Positions 29,123 to 37,132 of a DNA stretch of 64,000 nucleotides are shown here, in pieces. The stretch lies in contig JANYAF010000175.1 of NCBI GenBank assembly GCA_025355175.1, forward strand, positions 882 to 64,881. The letters run 5' to 3'. The notes under the pieces were generated by a model. The model was not told where the DNA came from, did not search any database, and was given only the letters and a program-made list of their open reading frames with translations. The translations under genes and the position numbers were made by a program. Source of the DNA: Deltaproteobacteria bacterium (lineage in GTDB: Bacteria; Desulfobacterota; Syntrophia; Syntrophales; Smithellaceae). Numbering within the stretch: position 1 is the first letter of the stretch; every line of letters begins with the position of its first letter.

Positions 29123-30616
29123 GTGAAGGAAGGCGGTCCCGGAAATACAATCCATAAGTTCAAAAGAAAAAGGCAAATCGTGACAACAAACGATAGCGGA
29201 TTTGATTCATACCAGAGGGTACGATGCGATCATTGGGATGCGGTCGCTCGTAAGGTGGATTCCTGGACGGGATGGAACAGGGGGTACCATGAGCGACTGA
29301 CGCAGGTTTATCGCTTCTGGGTGGCGCCGGGGCAGCGGATACTGGAAATCGGCTGCGGACAAGGGAATTTGCTGGCTTCCCTTCGGCCATCGCGCGGCGT
29401 GGGCGTAGATTTTTCACCGGAGATGGTGAAGCGCGCCAGAATTACCCATCCGGAACTTGAATTTTTCGACGCGGACAGTCACGATCTGAGCGGACTTAGG
29501 GGGCCTTTAGATGTCATTATCCTTTCTGATCTGATCGACGACCTCTGGGACGTGCAGAAGGTCTTTGAACAGATATCACGCTTCTGTCAACCAAGGACAA
29601 GGCTTATCATCAACTCGTACAGCCGTGTGTGGGAACTGCCGCTGACCATCGCGGCAAAACTGGGACTGGCCAAACCAAGACTGACCCAGAACTGGCTGAC
29701 GGTGGAGGATGTGACGGATCTTCTGAATCTTTCGGGTTTCGAGGTTATCCGCTCCTGGCAGGAAGTCTTGTGGCCAATTCGCACACCATTAATTGATCGA
29801 ATGTGCAATAAGGTTTTAGTCAAGATGTGGCCTTTTAAACTCTTTGCCATGACCAACTTCATCATGGCGCGTCCCTGTCCGGAAAAGCCGCCGGATAACC
29901 CCCTTGTTTCCGTGATTGTGGCCGCACGCAACGAAGCGGGAAATATCTCTCAGATCTTTGCCCGCACACCGGAAATGGGGTCAGGCACGGAGCTTGTTTT
30001 TGTGGAAGGGCATTCTCAGGATGACACCTATGGGGCAATCCAACGAGAAATCGCTGAACACCCAGAGAGAAAAAGCCAGATCCATCGTCAGAATGGTGTG
30101 GGAAAAGGCGACGCCGTGCGCTTGGGATTTGCAAAAGCACGAGGTGATGTGCTGATGATTCTGGATGCCGATATGACCGTGCCGCCAGAAGATCTGTCCC
30201 GTTTCTACGAGGCCCTGCACGCCGGCCGGGGGGAATTTATCAATGGGGTACGACTGGTCTATCCCATGGAAGACGAGGCCATGCGTTTTTTCAACTTCAT
30301 GGGGAACAAGTTCTTCAGTCTGGCGTTTTCCTGGCTACTCGGTCAACCAATCAAGGATACCCTTTGCGGCACTAAAGTGCTTACGAAGCGTGACTATGAA
30401 TTGATCGCGACCAACCGGTTATACTTTGGCGATTTCGATCCTTTCGGTGATTATGATTTGATCTTTGGCGCGGCCAAGCTGGGATTAAAAATTGTGGATC
30501 TGCCCATCCGCTATCGCGCGCGCACCTATGGCAAGACGAACATCCGGCGCTGGAGCCACGGCTGGGTGCTGCTGCGCATGGTTATCTTCGCTGCCAGAAG
30601 GATTAAGTTCACATAA
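29123..30616 (+). CDS. fusion protein: class I SAM methyltransferase (N-terminal) plus family-2 glycosyltransferase resembling polyprenyl-phosphate sugar synthases (C-terminal)
   Basis: Methyltransferase motif I ILEIGCGQGNL. GT2 part: VSVIVAARNE, LDADM (DxD), and a C-terminal amphipathic tail. The start is uncertain: GTG at 29123 per the track, or GTG at 29179 preceded by AAAGG. Confidence 0.8.
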   Translation: MKEGGPGNTIHKFKRKRQIVTTNDSGFDSYQRVRCDHWDAVARKVDSWTGWNRGYHERLTQVYRFWVAPGQRILEIGCGQGNLLASLRPSRGVGVDFSPEMVKRARITHPELEFFDADSHDLSGLRGPLDVIILSDLIDDLWDVQKVFEQISRFCQPRTRLIINSYSRVWELPLTIAAKLGLAKPRLTQNWLTVEDVTDLLNLSGFEVIRSWQEVLWPIRTPLIDRMCNKVLVKMWPFKLFAMTNFIMARPCPEKPPDNPLVSVIVAARNEAGNISQIFARTPEMGSGTELVFVEGHSQDDTYGAIQREIAEHPERKSQIHRQNGVGKGDAVRLGFAKARGDVLMILDADMTVPPEDLSRFYEALHAGRGEFINGVRLVYPMEDEAMRFFNFMGNKFFSLAFSWLLGQPIKDTLCGTKVLTKRDYELIATNRLYFGDFDPFGDYDLIFGAAKLGLKIVDLPIRYRARTYGKTNIRRWSHGWVLLRMVIFAARRIKFT

Positions 30617-30655
30617 TATGCCCGGTAGCTTTTTCTACTAAAGAGTTGTTCCTTA

Positions 30656-31480
30656 ATGATCCACCCACTGTTTATTCGTCGCAACGTACGGTATGCTATC
30701 ATGGAAAATATGTATAATAAAAAAATAAAAGAAAATGACAGGCAACTAACACTTAGAAACAGAAACAGGCTCTTGGATAACAAAAATTTACTGTTCTGGT
30801 ATGAGAAGTTGTTTGTGTTTCAGTTCGCTGGCATAGACGATGTGCGGGGGAAAAAAATTCTCGAGATCGGAAGTGGCACATCACCCATGAAGTATTTTTA
30901 CGATAATGTTATAACGAGTGATATCCTGGATCTTGATTACCTTGATATCGTATTCGACTGCCATGATATTGATCAATGTGAAAAAATCGAACATGGAAGT
31001 CTTGATGTAATTGCTCTAACGAATGTGTTACATCATCTCAAAGATCCGCTGAAGTTTCTACTGAAAACATCATTAATGCTTAAGGAGGGAGGGTCTATTG
31101 TCCTGACGGAGCCTTATTTTTCCACCATTTCAACGCTCATCTACGAGAGAATTCATCATGAATTTTCATCATTTGATATATCTGAACCCATACTGAAGGA
31201 TGTCGATGGCCCGCTGAGTTCGGCAAACCTTGCTCTTCCCTTTATAATCTTTTTCGGACGCAAGGGATGGGATGAACCACTGAAGTCCGTATATAAATAT
31301 GATGCGGCATCCACCCGTTTTTTTTCGTCTCTCTCCTATATGATGACGGGGGGGATTTCTCGAAAAATACCTATTCCATTCTTACTGTACAGGTGCTTAT
31401 TCCAAATTGATTTAATATGCTCTCAGATTTTTCCAAAATTATTCAGTTCATTCTTTGTTATCCGGCTTGAGAAAAAATAG
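30656..31480 (+). CDS. class I SAM-dependent methyltransferase
   Basis: 274 aa. Motif I ILEIGSGTSP and the later LKEGGSIVLTEP. AT-rich gene. Exact start uncertain. Confidence 0.75.
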   Translation: MIHPLFIRRNVRYAIMENMYNKKIKENDRQLTLRNRNRLLDNKNLLFWYEKLFVFQFAGIDDVRGKKILEIGSGTSPMKYFYDNVITSDILDLDYLDIVFDCHDIDQCEKIEHGSLDVIALTNVLHHLKDPLKFLLKTSLMLKEGGSIVLTEPYFSTISTLIYERIHHEFSSFDISEPILKDVDGPLSSANLALPFIIFFGRKGWDEPLKSVYKYDAASTRFFSSLSYMMTGGISRKIPIPFLLYRCLFQIDLICSQIFPKLFSSFFVIRLEKK

Positions 31481-31514
31481 TAATAACGATATCAATAAGA
31501 GGTGTTTGATTAAA

Positions 31515-33542
31515 TCAGGGAATCTCTGTCTTATGATTTTCCAAAAATGCCCCATAAGCCGGTGTGTTCCGGAAATTTTTGAATCTGATATCTGATTTCA
31601 GAATTTCCAAAAAATTGAAACCATCTTTTAGAGATTTTTCAAGATAAGCCGCACAGTCCTTATATTTTTTTTGCTGTGAGTACACACCGGCCATCCCATA
31701 ATAAATATATCCCTTATTATCCTTTATCGTCTTATTGAGCGCTTCATACTGGACTATAGCTTCGTTATAGAGACCGGCATCCTGATAGGCCTGTGCTAAA
31801 TTTAACCGTGCCGGCACGTTGCCGGGATCTCTTTTTATCACAAATAAAAAATGAGACATCGCTTCTTCATATTTACCCTGTTTGGCCAAGATAATCCCCA
31901 AATTATCGTGAGTTTCCAAATTATTGTGATCAATATTCAGAGCCTTCAACATGAATTTTACCGCCTCAGCATCATTGCCCGCGCGGCTCTGAATGAGACC
32001 CAAATGTATCTGTGGTTGTGCCAAATTTGGATTTAATGCAATTGCCTTTTGGAAATACACTTTGGCTTTCTCGTCGTCTTTTTTTGCGACCAGACAAACC
32101 CCATAGTTATGGTAAGCCCCGGCGTGATTCGGATAAAGTTTGATACATTTGGCAAGATAAATCATGGCTTCATCTGTTCTGCCCGAAGACGCCAGTGTCT
32201 CACCCAGGTTATTCAGCGCAAGTGGATTATTTCCTGCAACTTCAAGGCATCGGCTAAATAAAGCAAAAGTATTGGAAAAATATATATTTTGAATCCTGGT
32301 TAAAAATGCAAAGTAAAACAGAATAACGCCATATAATATGACTTTTAAAACTTGAGAATAACGACCTTTTAGCCTGTCGTCCGCTTCCCAGATTACCATA
32401 ATAAGAATACCAATCATGGGGATGTACATGAAGCGGTTGGCCAGGGCAGGCCAAAGGCCCGCCTGTATCAAGCCACTGGCCGGCAGCATGGCAACGAGAA
32501 ACCAGAACCATCCGACAATAAGCCAGGGCCTTTTTCCCCTCGTCATAAAAGCCATGATAGTTATTGAAACGACGAATGAAGATGCTCCTAAAAAAGGTAA
32601 AATGATAAATGTTTTAGGAAAGGGGTAAAAGATGGATAAATGAACTGGCCATGCCATATATTGCAGATATTGAGTGATGGAGACAAAATAATTGTAAATT
32701 CTCAAGTAAACCGGAACAAGCTCATGGGTAACGAGAAAACGACTGTGTAAAACTGACGCCATGGTTATCAATACTGAAACCAGTGAAAGAATGAAAAAGG
32801 GCAGCTTTTCTAAGATAATCCTGCCAATATCCGATTTACATAAGGAAATAAATCTATTTAGGGGCTTGGAAACAATAGCAGTGCTTTCATAATTGTTAGC
32901 AGCCACTCTCTCAAGTCTTTTCAGTGGCCAATAATCCAGTAATAAAAGAAGTGCTGGAAAAGTAAGAATAGCGGGTTTGCTCATTAAGCCGAAGACATAA
33001 AGGCCCAATATTAAAAAGTACTTCCACTTCTTCCTTTTCTCCGTATAATAAAGGTAAGTATAAATCGCACCAAACAAGAATAAGGTACTCAATACAGATT
33101 TTCTTTCTACAAGCCAGGCGACAGATTCAACGTTCAGAGGATGAAGGGCAAACAATAAGGCAATGAAAGCTGCCTTGAACTGAGCTCCGGTCATTTTCAA
33201 TATAATGAGAAATAACAGGAGGGCATTAAATATATGTATGGTTAGATTTACGAGCAGATGTGGCCCCGGTTTGACGCCGAAGAACTGGCAATCCAGCATA
33301 TGGGAAAGCAAGGTCAAAGGATGCCAGTAGGAAACACCGGTGAAGGTGAACGTCCACTTAATATTTTCGAGACTGAATCCATTTTTGACATAAGGATTTG
33401 CTGATACATAAATATTATCATCAAAATTGAGAAACTGATGATCTTGAATATTCCAGTAAAAAAAAACGGTCAGCCCCGCTATTGCACATAAAATAATGGC
33501 GTTCGTAAAAAAAGGCGGCAATTTGAACTCATTATTTTTCAT
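31515..33542 (-). CDS. GT-C fold membrane glycosyltransferase (PMT/TMTC/ArnT-like) with C-terminal TPR repeats
   Basis: 675 aa. About 440 aa of polytopic membrane domain with an acidic first-loop motif (FLNFDDNIY), then about 230 aa of TPR repeats (AGAYHNYGV.., AQPQIHLGLI.., ETHDNLGII.., ARLNLAQAY..). Confidence 0.8.
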   Translation of the reverse strand: MKNNEFKLPPFFTNAIILCAIAGLTVFFYWNIQDHQFLNFDDNIYVSANPYVKNGFSLENIKWTFTFTGVSYWHPLTLLSHMLDCQFFGVKPGPHLLVNLTIHIFNALLLFLIILKMTGAQFKAAFIALLFALHPLNVESVAWLVERKSVLSTLFLFGAIYTYLYYTEKRKKWKYFLILGLYVFGLMSKPAILTFPALLLLLDYWPLKRLERVAANNYESTAIVSKPLNRFISLCKSDIGRIILEKLPFFILSLVSVLITMASVLHSRFLVTHELVPVYLRIYNYFVSITQYLQYMAWPVHLSIFYPFPKTFIILPFLGASSFVVSITIMAFMTRGKRPWLIVGWFWFLVAMLPASGLIQAGLWPALANRFMYIPMIGILIMVIWEADDRLKGRYSQVLKVILYGVILFYFAFLTRIQNIYFSNTFALFSRCLEVAGNNPLALNNLGETLASSGRTDEAMIYLAKCIKLYPNHAGAYHNYGVCLVAKKDDEKAKVYFQKAIALNPNLAQPQIHLGLIQSRAGNDAEAVKFMLKALNIDHNNLETHDNLGIILAKQGKYEEAMSHFLFVIKRDPGNVPARLNLAQAYQDAGLYNEAIVQYEALNKTIKDNKGYIYYGMAGVYSQQKKYKDCAAYLEKSLKDGFNFLEILKSDIRFKNFRNTPAYGAFLENHKTEIP

Positions 33543-33554
33543 ACTGAAACCAGC

Positions 33555-33595
33555 AAAAAAAGATAGCCGATCATTTATGATCAGCTATCTTTTTC
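33555..33595 (-). terminator. Rho-independent terminator after the pilin gene
   Basis: AGATAGC(T/C)GATCA-loop-TGATC(G/A)GCTATCT hairpin flanked by an A-run and a T-run. Confidence 0.7.
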
Positions 33596-33671
33596 TCGTA
33601 TAATTATGAGCAGTGCTTTCTAGCAGAAAATCTGCAGAAGCTAATATGAACCTGGCACGACAATATTAAAA

Positions 33672-34040
33672 TTAATATAGACTAAAGCTGCCCGAATTGC
33701 CCGTAATGGAAGAATTCCACCAGCTTGGTCCAGCTGTCACTGTAACGGTTACGGCACCGGCAGCATTTACAATCGAACCCGTGAAGTCCCCTACGGTAAC
33801 GCTAGAAGCGGTCGGCGTATATGTCGTTGTTGAAGGTACCGCCAGTAAGGCTTTTGAATAGTCCATTGTTACCGTTGATTTTAATGCCGCAACAGCACCT
33901 TGTACAGCATTTTCTCTGGCTTTCTGCTGCATATCTAGATACTTCGGCACGGCTACTGCAGCCAAAATACCTAAAATAACCAATACCGCAATGATTTCGA
34001 TAAGCGTAAAACCTTTTTGATTCTTAATTGTTTTTCTCAT
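33672..34040 (-). CDS. type IV pilin, MshA-like (prepilin with N-terminal cleavage/methylation motif)
   Basis: AGGAGG-N6-ATG at 34040. The leader MRKTIKNQKG is cleaved before FTLIEIIAVLVILGILAAVAVP. The mature protein is 112 aa, has no Cys, and has a Ser/Thr-rich C-terminal half. Confidence 0.9.
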   Translation of the reverse strand: MRKTIKNQKGFTLIEIIAVLVILGILAAVAVPKYLDMQQKARENAVQGAVAALKSTVTMDYSKALLAVPSTTTYTPTASSVTVGDFTGSIVNAAGAVTVTVTAGPSWWNSSITGNSGSFSLY

Positions 34041-34156
34041 TTTCTTCCTCCTGATTACTAATTTTAATGTTTTTTCATTTTCTTGTTTAATCACTTCATG
34101 CCCATAGCCGTTATTTATATACCATAATTATCGAAATATATAAATTATATTTCTAG

Positions 34157-35377
34157 CTATTTAACCATCTTCGTCATATCCCACATGGGCAAAAAGATAG
34201 CCATGGCAAAAAAACCTACTACCGCCGCCAGGCCAACAATTAAAATCGGACCAATGGCATCGGAAAGACCTTTCACCGCATAGCTGACTTCGTCGTCATA
34301 ATGGATAGATACCTGTCGCATCATGTCTTCAATATTGCCTGATTCTTCGCCAATGGCGACCATGTCCACGACCATCGGGGTAAAGTATTTTGCCGAACTA
34401 AGCGGCCCGGAAATTCCCTGCCCTTCCTGTATCCGGTCACGGACATGATCGAATTCACGGGAGATTGCCGTATTGCCGATTGTATTAGAGATAACTTCCA
34501 TTGTTTTCATCACGGGAACACCGCTGGCCTGCATAATGGCAAAAATACTGGCGAATCGGGACATTGCCGCTTTCTGAAACAGGGGACCGAAAAGCGGCAT
34601 TTTTAGTAAAAAAGCATCAAGCAAGTAGCGTCCGTCCGCAGTTTTGAAATATGACCGCAACCCGATGATCAAGGTCGCCAGACCAATAATAAGAATATAC
34701 CAGTAATTGGCCAATCCCTGATAAAGAAGCATGGCAATTTTGGTCGGCAGGGGCAGAGTGATCCCCGTTTTGGCAAATATGTCAACAAACTTGGGGATGA
34801 CAAAAGTCAGGAGGACAAAAAAAGCGATGCCCAGAGCGATTAAGACCGTAATCGGATATTGCAGGGCAGATTTGATATCCGATTTTATTTTAGCTTCATG
34901 TTCGATAATATCGATCAGACGGCCGAGGATTTCGGGGACAGAGCCACTCACTTCGCCTGCATTGATCATACTGAGAAAAAGAGGCGAAAAAATGGATGGG
35001 AATTTCTTCATAGCCGCATGAAGCGTTAACCCATCCTTGATATCATGGCCCATTGCCGTAACAACTTTTTTGAGTGTTTTGTCCTGTGTCTGGTTCTCCA
35101 GAACCTGCATTAACCTGAGAATGGGGACGCCGGCCTGCATCATAGAACGGAACTGTTTTGTAAAGAGGATTAAATCTTTTGTTTTAACCGATCCGCCGAA
35201 GTTAAATGACAGCAATGATGAAATACTTATTTTGTTCTTGTCTTCCAAGACGATTTTGATTGGGATCAAATTGCGGGACGCTAATATGGAGTTAACCATA
35301 TCCACTGTTTCCGCCTCTATCGAACCGGAAACAGTGTTACCCGTTTCATTGATTGCCGAATAAATATAATCAGCCAT
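34157..35377 (-). CDS. type IV pilus / T2SS inner-membrane platform protein (PilC/GspF/MshG family)
   Basis: 406 aa with a duplicated T2SS_F domain architecture and 3 TM segments. Confidence 0.92.
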   Translation of the reverse strand: MADYIYSAINETGNTVSGSIEAETVDMVNSILASRNLIPIKIVLEDKNKISISSLLSFNFGGSVKTKDLILFTKQFRSMMQAGVPILRLMQVLENQTQDKTLKKVVTAMGHDIKDGLTLHAAMKKFPSIFSPLFLSMINAGEVSGSVPEILGRLIDIIEHEAKIKSDIKSALQYPITVLIALGIAFFVLLTFVIPKFVDIFAKTGITLPLPTKIAMLLYQGLANYWYILIIGLATLIIGLRSYFKTADGRYLLDAFLLKMPLFGPLFQKAAMSRFASIFAIMQASGVPVMKTMEVISNTIGNTAISREFDHVRDRIQEGQGISGPLSSAKYFTPMVVDMVAIGEESGNIEDMMRQVSIHYDDEVSYAVKGLSDAIGPILIVGLAAVVGFFAMAIFLPMWDMTKMVK

Positions 35378-35388
35378 ATTTTTTCACC

Positions 35389-37104
35389 TCAGACCATAAC
35401 GGCCGAAGCTGCCTCTTCCAGCGTGGTAATTCCGTTCATTACCTTAGCGGCGGCATCTTCTCTAAGCGTCCTCAACGTGCCTGCTTCCACTGCAGCCTTT
35501 GTAATTGCTTGATTTGAATATCTCTTCAGGATCATATCCTGGATCATATCGTTGTTCACCAGAACCTCAAAAAGTCCCGTTCTTCCCTTATACCCTGTGT
35601 TTTTGCATTGGTAGCAGCCCTTGCCCCGCTGGAAATTGGCATTCTTTACTTCTTCCGCAGTAATGCCCAGAACAGTTAAAGCACTTTGGGAAGGTTGATA
35701 TGATTCTTTACAATAGGGGCATACTGTCCGCAACAATCTTTGGGCAAAGGAAACCAGCAGGACCGAGGAAATCAAAAAAGGTTCAATTCCCATATCAATG
35801 AAACGGGTTATGGCCCCGGCAGCATCATTTGTATGGATTGTGCTCAAAACACGGTGTCCGGTTTGAGCCGCCTGAACGGCAATGGCCGCTGTTTCCGAAT
35901 CGCGGATTTCACCAACCATAATCACATCCGGATCCTGACGGAGAATAGATCGCAATCCACTGGCAAAAGTCATTCCGGCTTTCCTGTTTAGCTGAACCTG
36001 ACGGACATTGTTAACCCGGTATTCGACGGGATCTTCCAGTGTCATGATGTTGATATCCGGTTTGTTAATGGAATTAAGAATGGCATAAAGGCTTGTGCTT
36101 TTTCCGCTGCCGGTCGGACCGGTGCTCAAAATTAATCCATAAGGTTTTCCGCTCATGACTTCTATCTTTTCCCTATCCGAAGGAATCATGCCCAGGCGAT
36201 CCAGCGTATATATACCACCACTCATGTCCAACAGGCGCAAAACAAGATTTTCTCCGTATATGGTTGGAATAACGGAAACCCTCACGTTGATTTCCTTATC
36301 GTTCATTTTCAGGGTAAACCGACCGTCCTGAGGGACTCTCGACATCGTAATATCCATATTGGCCAGTATTTTAATGCGGGCAACAATGGGCAGGAACAAT
36401 GTCTTGGGAGGTGACGGAACTTCGATCATCTTGCCGTCAATACGAAAACGCATTTGAACGGTATTGTGCTGTGGGCTGATATGGACATCGCTGGCGCCGT
36501 CCCGGATAGCCTGCGCAAAGATGGAATTAGCCAGACGAACGACCGGCGCTTCACCCGCCATGTCCTGCAAGGCTGCCACCTGCACCTCTTCTTTATTATC
36601 CGACGTGGCTTCTTCCTGGCCTTCGTTGATCTCCATACTTTCCATACTTTCCATGATGCTGCCCAGACCGGACTGCGAGCCATAGAGAGAGCTGATCAGC
36701 TGACCAAGCTCTCTTTCCGAACAGACCACGGGTTCGACTTCCGAGTTGGTCAGAACTTCTATATAATCCAACGCGTTGATATCCAGAGGGTCAACAATGG
36801 CTATGGTCAAAAGCCTTCCTTTTTTCCTGAGGGGCGCAATTTGATATTTCTGTGCGACTTCGATGGGAATGGGACGGATCAACTCCATATCCAGCGGATA
36901 ATCATCGGGATGATATTTGGCAATCTTGAGTTGCTGGCTCAACATATCAATAATCTGCTGTTCATTGACAATCCCTTGACGTGTGAGATATTGACCCAGT
37001 TTTAAACCGGCTTTCCTTTGATCAATAAGGGCCTGCTGCAGAAGATCTTCAGTAATAAGACCGTTTTCAAGCAGCATTTCACCTATGCGTTTTTTGATCT
37101 GCAT
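35389..37104 (-). CDS. type IV pilus assembly ATPase (GspE/PilB/MshE family) with an MshEN-type N-terminal domain
   Basis: 571 aa. Walker A GPTGSGKST and a tetracysteine CPYC...CYQC. The N-terminus carries two 24-aa MshEN motifs. Confidence 0.95.
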   Translation of the reverse strand: MQIKKRIGEMLLENGLITEDLLQQALIDQRKAGLKLGQYLTRQGIVNEQQIIDMLSQQLKIAKYHPDDYPLDMELIRPIPIEVAQKYQIAPLRKKGRLLTIAIVDPLDINALDYIEVLTNSEVEPVVCSERELGQLISSLYGSQSGLGSIMESMESMEINEGQEEATSDNKEEVQVAALQDMAGEAPVVRLANSIFAQAIRDGASDVHISPQHNTVQMRFRIDGKMIEVPSPPKTLFLPIVARIKILANMDITMSRVPQDGRFTLKMNDKEINVRVSVIPTIYGENLVLRLLDMSGGIYTLDRLGMIPSDREKIEVMSGKPYGLILSTGPTGSGKSTSLYAILNSINKPDINIMTLEDPVEYRVNNVRQVQLNRKAGMTFASGLRSILRQDPDVIMVGEIRDSETAAIAVQAAQTGHRVLSTIHTNDAAGAITRFIDMGIEPFLISSVLLVSFAQRLLRTVCPYCKESYQPSQSALTVLGITAEEVKNANFQRGKGCYQCKNTGYKGRTGLFEVLVNNDMIQDMILKRYSNQAITKAAVEAGTLRTLREDAAAKVMNGITTLEEAASAVMV

Positions 37105-37132
37105 TCAAACCTCCGAAACGAGTTTATCTCAG

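Noticed and set aside
34041-34156. Sigma54 (-24 GG / -12 GC) promoter upstream of the pilin gene, as in many type IV pilin genes
   Set aside because: I found no TGGCAC-N5-TTGC-like element with correct spacing in the 116-nt AT-rich spacer, nor upstream of the operon at 43316-43400. No call is made.
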